From the NCBI GenBank assembly GCA_963666425.2, contig OY762825.2, positions 2,208,001 through 2,272,000 on the forward strand: 64,000 bases of DNA. Direction: 5' to 3'. This document shows positions 31,439 through 41,187 of this stretch, piece after piece. A model generated the notes under the pieces. It saw nothing but the letters and a program-made list of their open reading frames with translations, was not told the origin of the DNA and did not search any database. The DNA is from Bacillota bacterium. GTDB taxonomy: Bacteria; Bacillota; JAAYKD01. Position 1 is the stretch's first letter. Each line of letters opens with the position of its first letter. Both the position numbers and the translations under genes were made by a program.

Positions 31439-31496
31439 AAAAAACACCATGCTATTCTGACTTGATAAGGAAAAATGATTTTATTTCGCCGTGACG

Positions 31497-31544
31497 AACA
31501 GAAGAATCGCCGACTAGGCTAGCCTAGTCGGCGATTCTTCTGTT
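31497..31544. repeat. perfect 48-bp palindrome between the convergent cad and ars operons (probable bidirectional terminator)
   Basis: AACAGAAGAATCGCCGACTAGGCT|AGCCTAGTCGGCGATTCTTCTGTT. Confidence 0.9.
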
Positions 31545-31942
31545 TGCAGTTGTTCTTTTAAGTTTCTGACCTTTTGCTCGATGACCGCGATGGTTTTGAG
31601 CATCTCGTCGTCCGGTTTGCCGCTGGGATCGGCCAATCCCCAGTCTTCGCGCCGTTTGCAGGGCAGATAAGGACAGGTGACGTTGCATCCCATTGTGATG
31701 AGTAGATCTATCGCAGGCAGTTCTGCCAGCAATTTGGGGTGCTGCGTGAGTTCCATGTCGATGTGATAGATTTCCTTGATCAATCGGACCGCATCGGGAT
31801 TGATTTGCGCAGCGGTTTCTGTCCCGGCAGAATAGCTTTCGAAGACATCTCCTGCCAAATGCTTAGCCAAAGCTTCCGCTATTTGAGAACGGCAGGAATT
31901 ATGTACACAGACAAAAGCTACTTTTGGTTTGATTTGTTTCAT
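31514..31942 (-). CDS. arsC: thioredoxin-coupled arsenate reductase (LMW-PTP fold)
   Basis: FVCVHNSCRSQIAE, YSAGT, TMGCNVTCP, DWGLADP. Confidence 0.9.
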   Translation of the reverse strand: MKQIKPKVAFVCVHNSCRSQIAEALAKHLAGDVFESYSAGTETAAQINPDAVRLIKEIYHIDMELTQHPKLLAELPAIDLLITMGCNVTCPYLPCKRREDWGLADPSGKPDDEMLKTIAVIEQKVRNLKEQLQTEESPTRLA

Positions 31943-31964
31943 GCTTAACCTCCTGGCACATTCC

Positions 31965-33032
31965 TCATTTGAGTTCAGACACGTGGGGTTTCGGAAACCA
32001 ATGTTTGGTTTGATTGGCGATCCTGACCAGAATCAACATGGTGGGAACTTCGGTCAGAACACCAACCGTGGTCGCCAAAGCGGCAGGAGAGGTGGTTCCA
32101 AACAAGGCGATTGCAACCGCCACCGATAATTCAAAGAAATTGGAGGCGGCGATCATGCCGGCTGGTGCCGCAATCTCATGCGGCAATCGCAGCCAGCGGC
32201 AGGGAAGATAGGAAATAAAGAAAATGAAGAAGGTTTGAATGATCAGAGGGATTGCGATCAGCAGAATGTGCAAAGGGTTCTTCAGGATAATCTCACCCTG
32301 AAAAGAAAACAGCAGGATTAAGGTCAGCAGCAAACCGGCGATGGTGGCGTGATCGAATTTCGGCAAGAATTGCTTTTCGAAATAGGCCGTGCCGCTGCGG
32401 CGGCTGACGAACAGCCTGGTCAGGATACCGCCGGCCAAAGGAACAACCACGAAGAGAACCACCGATAAAATCAAGGTATCCCAGGGGACGAAAACATTGC
32501 TGACGCCCAGCAGAAATTTCACTATGGGAACAAAAGCGACGAGAATAATCAGGTCATTGGTCGCAACCTGCACGACCGTATAGGCAGGATTTCCGTTGGT
32601 TAAAAGGCTCCAGACAAAAACCATCGCGGTGCAGGGAGCTGCGCCCAAGAGAATTGCTCCGGCGAGATATTGTTTGGCCAGATCCGGCGGAATCAGATCC
32701 TGAAAGACGACATACAGGAAAAAAGAAGCGATTGCATACATCGTAAACGGCTTAATCAACCAATTGGCGATCCAGGTGACATATAAGCCCTGGGGATTTT
32801 TTCTCACATTTTTGATGCTCTGAAAATCGACCTTCATCATCATGGGATAGATCATAATCCAGATCAGAATCGCAACCGGTATGGATACCTTGGCATATTC
32901 AAACCGGTTCAGGAAAGCAGGGATGCCGGGCAAATACTGACCAATCAAAACTCCGGCCGCCATACACAGCAGCACCCATACCGTTAAATATTTCTGAAAG
33001 AAACCGATATCCTGAACTTTTTCGTTTGGCAT
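31965..33032 (-). CDS. acr3: ACR3 family arsenite efflux transporter
   Basis: MIYPMM, NWLIKPF, GAAPCTAMVFVW, SNFFELSVAVA, GVLTEVP. Confidence 0.95.
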   Translation of the reverse strand: MPNEKVQDIGFFQKYLTVWVLLCMAAGVLIGQYLPGIPAFLNRFEYAKVSIPVAILIWIMIYPMMMKVDFQSIKNVRKNPQGLYVTWIANWLIKPFTMYAIASFFLYVVFQDLIPPDLAKQYLAGAILLGAAPCTAMVFVWSLLTNGNPAYTVVQVATNDLIILVAFVPIVKFLLGVSNVFVPWDTLILSVVLFVVVPLAGGILTRLFVSRRSGTAYFEKQFLPKFDHATIAGLLLTLILLFSFQGEIILKNPLHILLIAIPLIIQTFFIFFISYLPCRWLRLPHEIAAPAGMIAASNFFELSVAVAIALFGTTSPAALATTVGVLTEVPTMLILVRIANQTKHWFPKPHVSELK

Positions 33033-33051
33033 CGTCAGATCGCACCTTTGC

Positions 33052-33450
33052 TTATAGAGTTTTCTTCAGTAATTTTTCCAGATCGGCTGGTTTCAAGACT
33101 TTTCCCATCGCAACCACTTTTTCATTGATCACGACGGCCGGCATCGACATCACGCCGTAGGCCATGATCGTTGCTAAATCGGTGATGTATTCTACTTTGG
33201 CTTCGAGCCCCATCGTTTTGACGGTTTCTTCTACGTTTTTTAATTGTTCATGACATTTGGCGCAGCCAGTACCCAGAATTTTAATGCTGAGGCTGCCCGG
33301 TTGACATTGCCCGCCGCAGTCACAGGTTTTTGCTGCGGGTGGTTGGCTTTCCGCAGCGCTGCAGCTGCAGGTGGGTTCCGCTTGCGGCTCTGCAGCGCAC
33401 GTGCAGGCGGGTGTTTTGGTTTCGTTTTTCTTGATGTGGAATAAAGACAT
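33052..33450 (-). CDS. small redox-active thioredoxin-like protein with Cys-rich N-terminus
   Basis: IKILGTGCAKC...YGVMSMPAVVINEKVVAMGKV; N-terminal CTC/CSC/CDC. Confidence 0.85.
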   Translation of the reverse strand: MSLFHIKKNETKTPACTCAAEPQAEPTCSCSAAESQPPAAKTCDCGGQCQPGSLSIKILGTGCAKCHEQLKNVEETVKTMGLEAKVEYITDLATIMAYGVMSMPAVVINEKVVAMGKVLKPADLEKLLKKTL

Positions 33451-33503
33451 GATTCTTCCTCCTCTGATTTGATGAATTTCTTTGTGGAAATACGGAGCCT
33501 TGC

Positions 33504-34517
33504 TTAGATCAGGAAAGGCTGCAGTGCATTGAATAGATAACCGACCGCGATAATACCCAGTGTACAGTAACCGACGAATAAGGTCAAGAGTTTTGGTTTT
33601 ACTGCTTTACGCAGCATGATGATCGACGGCAGAGAAAGGGTAGTGACAGCCATCATAAAGGCAAGGATGGCGCCAAGCTGAGCTCCTTTGCTCAGCAGCG
33701 CTTCCGCAACCGGCAGCGTACCAAAAATATCGGCATACATGGGAACACCAACCAGAGTAGCCAGGATCACGGAAAAAGGATTATGGCTGCCAAGCACATT
33801 GCTGACCCAGGCATCGGGAATCCAGTTGTGGATGAGAGCGCCGATCCCAACCCCGATCAAGACATAGAGAAACACTTTTTTCACGGTTGCCAGCACTTGA
33901 TCCCAGGAAAACTGCAGGCGGTCCTGGACGCTCAGTGCTTCGGCTTCCAAGTCAACCGATCCGGCACTGCGGATGAACGCTTCCACCTGATCCTCCATAT
34001 GCATTTTTTCGATCAGACTGCCGCCCAGAATGGCGATCAGCAAGCCCATGCTCACATAAGCAAGTGCGACTTTGGCGCCAAAAATACTCATCAGCAGAAC
34101 GAGCGAACCAAGGTCAACCATCGGGGAAGAAATTAAAAAGGAAAAAGTAACACCCAGGGGTAAGCCGGCGCCGGTGAAACCGATGAACAAGGGGATTGAG
34201 GAACAGGAACAGAAGGGAGTAACCGTGCCGAGCAGAGCGGCAATCATATTTGCACCAAGGCCATGGAAGCGGCCAAGGATTTTTTTACTGCGTTCTGGCG
34301 GAAAATAGCTTTGAATATAAGAAATCAAAAAGATCAGGATACTGAGCAGCAGCATTATTTTGATGGAATCATAGAGAAAAAATTGTGCGCTTTTGCCAAT
34401 TTTACTGTTCAGGTCTAAACCAAAGCGTGTCAGCAGGCGGCCGACCAGAAGATTCAGCCATTGCATGCCAAGAACCTGATTCTGAAAAAACCCCCAACCG
34501 GTTTGCAGTGCCGTCAT
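33504..34517 (-). CDS. ArsP/DUF318 family permease
   Basis: TPFCSCSSIP, FSFLISSP, GVPMY, TLSLPS; ATG 34517 follows GGAGGG. Confidence 0.88.
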   Translation of the reverse strand: MTALQTGWGFFQNQVLGMQWLNLLVGRLLTRFGLDLNSKIGKSAQFFLYDSIKIMLLLSILIFLISYIQSYFPPERSKKILGRFHGLGANMIAALLGTVTPFCSCSSIPLFIGFTGAGLPLGVTFSFLISSPMVDLGSLVLLMSIFGAKVALAYVSMGLLIAILGGSLIEKMHMEDQVEAFIRSAGSVDLEAEALSVQDRLQFSWDQVLATVKKVFLYVLIGVGIGALIHNWIPDAWVSNVLGSHNPFSVILATLVGVPMYADIFGTLPVAEALLSKGAQLGAILAFMMAVTTLSLPSIIMLRKAVKPKLLTLFVGYCTLGIIAVGYLFNALQPFLI

Positions 34518-34630
34518 AACGATACCCTCCACTAAATTAATATATTTAAATATATCTATATGATGGTTTGAAAAGAAAGTCATCTTGCGATGACTCGAGA
34601 AGACAAACCGTTCCGGTGTAGCCGGATCAA

Positions 34631-34680
34631 ATAGACAAGTCTCTATCTGCTATTATAACTATAGATAGAGACTTGTCAAT
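34631..34680 (-). promoter_or_regulatory. ars operon promoter inside a 15-bp inverted repeat (ArsR-type operator)
   Basis: Minus-strand TTGACA (34679-34674) and TATAAT (34657-34652); IR GACAAGTCTCTATCT (34634-34648) / AGATAGAGACTTGTC (34663-34677). Confidence 0.75.
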
Positions 34681-34731
34681 GGGTTAGCGGAAAATCACAA
34701 AAAAAATCAGAATCAGCCAGCGTCCGTCCTC

Positions 34732-35505
34732 TCAGCGGATTCTGCCTTCCAAGCGGCTATTTAAAAAATTACCATTGGGATAATCAGGGAGAAACATTTT
34801 CACGGTAGCCTTGACAATATCCTTGCGCACACTATCCATAAAGGGATTAAAAACCACTTTCATTTCATGCAGCACCTGAGTAGGAAGTGTGCAATAGATA
34901 TAATCAAAATTGGGGTAGTTGTATTTTGTACTGACCCCGGACTTATTTTTGCTGATCGAAACGGAGGGATTACCTTTGCCAACATCAATGTAGCAGCGCA
35001 GTCTCGTTTCTTGCTCATATTCCCAAATTTTCGTTTTAGCGAAACCGATACAGGTGGAATAAACTGCATCGGCGCTGTCCACACCGTCTGGGCGGGTAGT
35101 TAATTCAAACTTGGATAAGTCATCGTCGTATAAAACATCCAGCAGTTTGGCATCCCGTACTTCCCAACCTTTTTCGATGGCCAAATAGTTGCTTTTGTCT
35201 TCCAGGAAATCCAGATGATCAAATCGCAGGGACAACCCCATTTTATCATTGGCGTAAATTTTCCACATGGGGATTGTTTCGGTGCTGTGGTGGGTAAAGC
35301 AGAGGGTGAATACTTTATTTTTATATAAGGGCAGTGCTCGTTCTTCTTCGATGGGATCATTGAATTTTTTTAACTGGGATAATCGAATCGATTGATCAGA
35401 GACAATATGTGCGAGTGTTTCCAAATTGGTAAAATGATAATAGCTGTCGTGCGCTTTTGCTTTCTCATTTTGTTGGGTGTAAAATTCTTTTTCATTCAAA
35501 CTCAA
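34732..35505 (-). CDS. DUF2971-like protein
   Basis: YYHFT, FNDPIE, LCFT, PMWKIYAN, KTKIWEYEQETR; motif pattern recalled for DUF2971. Confidence 0.7.
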   Translation of the reverse strand: MSLNEKEFYTQQNEKAKAHDSYYHFTNLETLAHIVSDQSIRLSQLKKFNDPIEEERALPLYKNKVFTLCFTHHSTETIPMWKIYANDKMGLSLRFDHLDFLEDKSNYLAIEKGWEVRDAKLLDVLYDDDLSKFELTTRPDGVDSADAVYSTCIGFAKTKIWEYEQETRLRCYIDVGKGNPSVSISKNKSGVSTKYNYPNFDYIYCTLPTQVLHEMKVVFNPFMDSVRKDIVKATVKMFLPDYPNGNFLNSRLEGRIR

Positions 35506-35934
35506 GTCTGATCCCTCGCTTTGCGTTGGTCACTCTAATTTTGGCTTAGATACTGATCCAATCGCATTATACAACATATAGCTACAAAAAGCCAGAAGAA
35601 CGGCCGCTGCAACATTTTTTGTATCGGTGAAACGTACAGAAAAATGGAATCCACTTAAATTGGATGCAATATCCTGATGTAAATTTAAATACCGGTGCGC
35701 TGATTTTTCAAGGGACCCTGAACTTACGAATCTGCTGGGGGCATTCAGTTCAAAACGAGGTTTATTTTGAATTTTTTCTGAAATAGAGTTCTTTTTTTCA
35801 GCTGCGAAAGGGAAACCTCTCGGCTTTGCAGAATAAAAAAAAGTATTGCTTTATCAAATCACGGTTTCGGCAGTAAAAATGGTAGATGATGTTGGTTTGT
35901 GTTTGTCTTACCGAACCAGTCTGGAGGGAAATTT

Positions 35935-36765
35935 ATGGAGAGAATTCTAGCGATTTTCGCTGATTTTAGTTTACTCGACGCAGTGGATGTGCTGATCGTC
36001 TCCATCGCCATATCCAGTTTGATTATGATGATTCGCAATACGCGAGCCATTCAATTGGTCAAAGGATTGCTTTACGTCTTACTGGCTTTTGCCGTCAGTT
36101 CGTTCCTGGAGTTGAAAGCAATCGGCTGGCTGATGGATAAAATCCTTACTTTAGGTATTGTCGCTATTCCCATTGTTTTTCAATCCGAGCTGCGTAAAGT
36201 TTTGGAAGAATTGGGACGCGGTACTTTTTTTCGCAAACAAACGGCGGATCAAATTCAAATGAACCAGATGTTCGCAGAAATTATTAAAGCAGTGGATACG
36301 ATGTCAGCTGCTAAAACCGGCGCTTTGATTGTTTTAGAGCGCAAAACCGGTTTGCGGGAGTATATGGAAACCGGTATCGAGCTGGATAGTCTGGTTACCA
36401 GTCAGCTGCTGCTGAATATATTCTATAAGAATACACCGCTGCACGATGGTGCTGTGATGATTCGAAATAACCGCATTGTTGCCGCAGCCTGCTATCTGCC
36501 GCTGTCCGCCAATCCGGAAATTGCGCAGGAACTAGGTACGCGCCATCGGGCCGGCATTGGCATCACCGAACAATCCGATTGTCTGACCATTGTCGTATCC
36601 GAAGAAACCGGCGCCGTATCTTTGGCTCAGGCAGGAAAATTAATCCGTTATCTGGACGGTAAAATGTTGGGCGAATTACTGCAGCAGACTTATTTCGAAG
36701 AAGAAAACACCATTAAGGCTGCGCTGCCGTCCTGGCTGCATTGGGGAGGGAAAAAAGATGAATAG
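35935..36765 (+). CDS. cdaA: diadenylate cyclase CdaA
   Basis: 3 N-terminal TM; TPLHDGA, LGTRHRAG, VVSEETG; ATG 35935 after GGAGG. Confidence 0.97.
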   Translation: MERILAIFADFSLLDAVDVLIVSIAISSLIMMIRNTRAIQLVKGLLYVLLAFAVSSFLELKAIGWLMDKILTLGIVAIPIVFQSELRKVLEELGRGTFFRKQTADQIQMNQMFAEIIKAVDTMSAAKTGALIVLERKTGLREYMETGIELDSLVTSQLLLNIFYKNTPLHDGAVMIRNNRIVAAACYLPLSANPEIAQELGTRHRAGIGITEQSDCLTIVVSEETGAVSLAQAGKLIRYLDGKMLGELLQQTYFEEENTIKAALPSWLHWGGKKDE

Positions 36766-37759
36766 AATTTTTTCTTCCAATTTGGCCGTGCGTATTTTAT
36801 CGGTTTTGATTGCTCTGACAATTTGGGTCGTAGCCAGCGAGCAGTCAACCCAGCAAGCAGCAGGCGCTGAAATGAGTAAGAATTTCTATCGTATTCCGAT
36901 TGAGGTGCTGAATGCTCCGGCTAATTATGCGATCTCCTATGATTATACCGCGGTGGAAAGCATCGTGCTGAAAGGGTCTTCTTCTTTACTGACCGATTTA
37001 CTTGGCCAGGAGATTACAGCCAGTATTGACCTGAAAGGATTAAGCGAGGGAGAATATGATCTGGACATCAGTCTGCGTTATCCTGCCGGTTTAAGCCTCG
37101 AAGCAGTCCAACCGCGTAAAGTTCATGTCAGCATGGTCAGCAGCATGAGCCGGGTGATGGATGTGGAAGTGATCATCACAGAGCAGCCAACCGATGCCGC
37201 TGTCGATCCTGTGGTAAGGATTCAACCGGAAACCGTCTTAGTAGTCGGTTCTCGCTCTACCTTAGAGCAGGTAGCGCAGGCAGTTGTGCTGATTGACCTA
37301 AGTGATCGCAAAGGGAATTTCGAACAAAATCTTGAGGTGAAGATTCTGGACAGCGCCGGCAACAGCGTGGAAGGCGTCACCGTGCAGCCCAGTTTGATTG
37401 CCGTAACAATTCAGCTGCTGTCCGCCAAAGAGGTCGGTTTAGCGTTGCCGGATTCATTGGTGATTCCGGAAGGGTGGGCGCTGCAGAATTATACCTTTTC
37501 TCCGACCACAATCCGGATCAATGGTGACTTTGCCCAGCTGGCTTTGATTGATAAGCTGCCGGTGAAAATGAGTGTTCTGGAGATTACGGCCGAGGACAAG
37601 ACAAGCGAAGAGATCGTGAAATCACTGCGTACCACCATCCAATTACCGGAGGGGATTACATTGTCGCAGGAGATAACCAATACTGTCAGAGTGACACTGA
37701 CGCTGAAACAGGTGAGCAGCGGCACAACCGTGATCGCTGCAACAGGAACCGGCAACTGA
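36758..37759 (+). CDS. cdaR: CdaA regulator CdaR (YbbR domains)
   Basis: N-terminal TM (SVLIALTIW), beta-rich YbbR-like repeats, located between cdaA and glmM. Confidence 0.88.
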   Translation: MNRIFSSNLAVRILSVLIALTIWVVASEQSTQQAAGAEMSKNFYRIPIEVLNAPANYAISYDYTAVESIVLKGSSSLLTDLLGQEITASIDLKGLSEGEYDLDISLRYPAGLSLEAVQPRKVHVSMVSSMSRVMDVEVIITEQPTDAAVDPVVRIQPETVLVVGSRSTLEQVAQAVVLIDLSDRKGNFEQNLEVKILDSAGNSVEGVTVQPSLIAVTIQLLSAKEVGLALPDSLVIPEGWALQNYTFSPTTIRINGDFAQLALIDKLPVKMSVLEITAEDKTSEEIVKSLRTTIQLPEGITLSQEITNTVRVTLTLKQVSSGTTVIAATGTGN

Positions 37760-37850
37760 GCAGAATTGAAGACCCGTTCGCTTCTGATGATGTAAAGACA
37801 GGAGATGAGCGCAGCAAAAAAACTGAAGGCAACTTCTGGGGGGCAGCAAG

Positions 37851-39203
37851 ATGACAAGATTATTTGGTACAGACGGGGTTCGCGGGATCGCAAACACGAA
37901 ACTAACACCGGAATTGGCATTTCAATTGGGGCGTGCAGCCGCAGCGGTATTAACGCCGCAGCAGGAAAGACCGACGATTTTAGTTGGCAAAGACCCAAGG
38001 TCTTCCGGAGATATGTTGGAAGCAGCCTTAGCGGCAGGGATGATGTCGAATGGTGCCGAGGTGATTTCTCTCGGTATCGTCACCACACCGGCAGTAGCTT
38101 ACCTGACCAAACACATGGCGGTGCAGGCAGGTGCGATGATCTCCGCTTCACATAACCAGGTGGAAGATAACGGTATTAAGTTTTTTTCGCATAACGGCTA
38201 TAAATTGCCGGATAAAACAGAGGACGCCATCGAAGCATACTTGCGGCAGGATCAGGAGGTAAGTCAGAGACCGACCGGTGCCGGCGTAGGCAATTGGCAG
38301 CAAAACGAGACGGCGATTCAGCTTTATTTGCATCACCTGCAGCAAAGCATTGCCGGGATCAGGCTGGAGGGCTTGCATATCGTGCTTGACTGCGCAAATG
38401 GTGCCGCCTCTCCTTTTGCCGCGGATTTATTCCGCAGTGCCGGTGCTAAGGTAACAGCGCTGCATGCCAAGCCAAGCGGAGCGAATATTAATCTGGACTG
38501 CGGCTCAACGCACCCTGCCAGTTTACAAAAAGCAGTCACGCAATTACAGGCGGATTTCGGATTTGCTTTTGACGGAGATGCCGATCGCTGTTTGGCCGTG
38601 GATAGGGACGGCAATTTGGTCGATGGCGATCAAATCATGGCTATGTTGGCTCTGCATTTTAAGCAAAAAGGCAGGCTGCATAAAAACACTTTGGTCATTA
38701 CGGTGATGAGCAACCTTGGCTTAAAAAAAGCCATGGCAGAACATCAGATTGATTTGCAGATTACAGCGGTTGGTGATCGCTATGTTTTGGAAGCAATGCT
38801 GGCCAACGACTACTGCCTGGGCGGAGAACAGTCCGGTCACGTCATTTTAACCGATTTTTCCACGACCGGTGACGGTATGCTGACCGGATTACAAATTGCA
38901 GCCATGCTGAAAGAGAACAAAGCATCCATGCGGGAGAAGGCTGAGGTGATGCATAAATTCCCGCAAATCCTGCTGAATTGTCAAGTGGAAGATAAACAGG
39001 CTGCCATGCAGAATACCGCTTTCACTCAAGCAGTGGCAGAAGAGACAGCAGTTTTAGGCGAGCGGGGGCGCATTTTAGTGCGGCCTTCCGGCACTGAGCA
39101 GCTGATACGAATTATGGTTGAAGCGGAACAGGAAGCAGCAGCGGCAGCAATTGCCAAGCGCTTGAGCCTGTATTTAGTGAATGAAGCACGGATAGTAGAA
39201 TAG
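37851..39203 (+). CDS. glmM: phosphoglucosamine mutase
   Basis: FGTDGVRG, ISASHN, FDGDADR, GGEQSGH, VRPSGTE. Confidence 0.97.
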   Translation: MTRLFGTDGVRGIANTKLTPELAFQLGRAAAAVLTPQQERPTILVGKDPRSSGDMLEAALAAGMMSNGAEVISLGIVTTPAVAYLTKHMAVQAGAMISASHNQVEDNGIKFFSHNGYKLPDKTEDAIEAYLRQDQEVSQRPTGAGVGNWQQNETAIQLYLHHLQQSIAGIRLEGLHIVLDCANGAASPFAADLFRSAGAKVTALHAKPSGANINLDCGSTHPASLQKAVTQLQADFGFAFDGDADRCLAVDRDGNLVDGDQIMAMLALHFKQKGRLHKNTLVITVMSNLGLKKAMAEHQIDLQITAVGDRYVLEAMLANDYCLGGEQSGHVILTDFSTTGDGMLTGLQIAAMLKENKASMREKAEVMHKFPQILLNCQVEDKQAAMQNTAFTQAVAEETAVLGERGRILVRPSGTEQLIRIMVEAEQEAAAAAIAKRLSLYLVNEARIVE

Positions 39204-39215
39204 GAGGGATAGCGT

Positions 39216-41042
39216 ATGTGCGGGATTATGGGTTATGTTGGACCAAAGGAAGCACTGCCGATCATTATCGACGGGTTACGTTGTTTAGAATATCGGGGTT
39301 ACGATTCTGCCGGTGTAGCGATCATTGAGGCGGGTAAGCTGAACCTGCTGAAAAGCGCCGGGCGTTTATCGGAATTGGAAGCGATTTTAAAAGAAACACC
39401 ACTGACGGGGCATATCGGCATCGGTCATACCCGCTGGGCGACGCATGGGGAGCCCAACAATGAAAATGCCCATCCGCATCTAGGCAGCCGCGGTCGGATC
39501 ACGCTGATTCATAATGGCGTGATTGAAAATTATAAAGAACTGCGCCAGGAACTCGTCGCCAAAGGCGTTGCTTTTCTTTCCCAAACCGACTCTGAAGTCG
39601 TGGTGAATCTGTTGGAAGAAACTGAATTGCCGCTGATGCAGGCGTTGGACGTGGTATTACCCCGTTTACGCGGCGCTTACGCTTTGGTTATGCTGGATCT
39701 TTGGCAGCCGGATCGCATTGTTGTGGCACGTAAAGATAATCCGGTGGTCATTGGTTTGGGTAAAGGCGAAAATTATGTAGCGTCTGATATTCCGGCGCTG
39801 TTGCCCTATACACGCGAGATGGTTTTTTTGAATGACGGCGAACGTGCTGTGATCACCAAAGAAAAGGTGACCTTTTATCAAAAGAACGGCAGCGAAATTG
39901 AAAAACAGCCACAGGAAATTACTTGGACGGCAGAAGCAGCCGATAAAGTCGGCTTTGAGCACTATATGCTGAAAGAGATTCATGAACAGCCCAAAGTCCT
40001 GCGCGAAACAATGAAAGAACGCATGCCGAATGCCGACGGCAGAAAGTTCTTTGCTGAAATTGATGCTTCCCCCTGGAACTGGCAGAAGGTAAACCACATT
40101 CATATCGTGGCATGCGGGACAGCCTATTATGCCGGTATGGCAGGTAAATATATGATTGAGCGCGTTGCCCGCATTCCGGTAGAAGTGGATATGGCCTCAG
40201 AATTCCGCTACCGGGAGCCCATCCTGGAGGCTTCTGATGTGGTGATTATTATCAGCCAATCCGGTGAAACCGCGGATACCCTCGGCGCTTTGCGTGAAGC
40301 GCAGCGCAGGGGTGCGAAAGTATTGGCTGTGACCAATGTCATGGGCAGCACGGTTTCCCGTGAAGCGGATTTTGTGGTTTATACGCAAGCCGGACCGGAA
40401 ATTGCCGTGGCTTCCACCAAAGCCTATATTTCCCAATTGCTGATTATGTTGATGCTGGCTTTCAAATTAGGTCATCTGCGCAATCAGGTCACGGATACGG
40501 AATTAGCGGCATGGATGGAAAAACTGCGTGTCTTGCCTTATTGGGTAGAAAAAGTATTGCTGCAGGAAAAAACAATTGCCAATTGGGCCAGACAAATTGC
40601 AGGATATCAAAATTTCTTCTTTATCGGACGCGACCTGGATTATGCTTTGGCTCTGGAAGGCGCTTTAAAACTCAAGGAAATCTCCTATATTCATGCGGAA
40701 GCCTATGCAGCCGGCGAATTAAAGCACGGTCCGCTGGCCTTGATTTCCGGCGGTACTCCGGTGGTTGCTCTGACGACTCAGAGCCGCTTGGTGGAAAAAG
40801 CGCTGAGCAATATTGAAGTGGTGAAAGCCCGCGGCGCGTCGGTTTATCATATTACCAATTCGGAAATCATCAGCCACAGCGAAGACAATGAACATATCCT
40901 CGCTTTACCTGAATTGGATGATCTTTTAATGCCGCTGCTGGCGATTGTTCCTCTACAACTTTTGGCATATCATGCAGCGGTCGCCAAGGGCAACAATGTG
41001 GATAAACCGCGGAATCTGGCAAAGAGCGTTACAGTAGAATAA
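39216..41042 (+). CDS. glmS: glutamine--fructose-6-phosphate aminotransferase
   Basis: MCGI, GHTRWATHG, SQSGETADT, ELKHGP, PRNLAKSVTVE. Confidence 0.99.
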   Translation: MCGIMGYVGPKEALPIIIDGLRCLEYRGYDSAGVAIIEAGKLNLLKSAGRLSELEAILKETPLTGHIGIGHTRWATHGEPNNENAHPHLGSRGRITLIHNGVIENYKELRQELVAKGVAFLSQTDSEVVVNLLEETELPLMQALDVVLPRLRGAYALVMLDLWQPDRIVVARKDNPVVIGLGKGENYVASDIPALLPYTREMVFLNDGERAVITKEKVTFYQKNGSEIEKQPQEITWTAEAADKVGFEHYMLKEIHEQPKVLRETMKERMPNADGRKFFAEIDASPWNWQKVNHIHIVACGTAYYAGMAGKYMIERVARIPVEVDMASEFRYREPILEASDVVIIISQSGETADTLGALREAQRRGAKVLAVTNVMGSTVSREADFVVYTQAGPEIAVASTKAYISQLLIMLMLAFKLGHLRNQVTDTELAAWMEKLRVLPYWVEKVLLQEKTIANWARQIAGYQNFFFIGRDLDYALALEGALKLKEISYIHAEAYAAGELKHGPLALISGGTPVVALTTQSRLVEKALSNIEVVKARGASVYHITNSEIISHSEDNEHILALPELDDLLMPLLAIVPLQLLAYHAAVAKGNNVDKPRNLAKSVTVE

Positions 41043-41187
41043 GGAATCAAACCAGAGTGGTGAATGAAAAGTGAAATGGAATGAAAGGGATCTATTCCCC
41101 CCCGGGAGACTGAGGAACCTTTGGGGAAAGGTCTCTTTTTTCTGTCAAAAGACGAAGCGTGGGATGCGATGACGGAGAGAGTGTAGA

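Noticed and set aside
28860-35520. Metal-resistance block as a transposon or ICE
   Set aside because: No integrase, transposase, relaxase or flanking direct repeats were found; mobility cannot be supported
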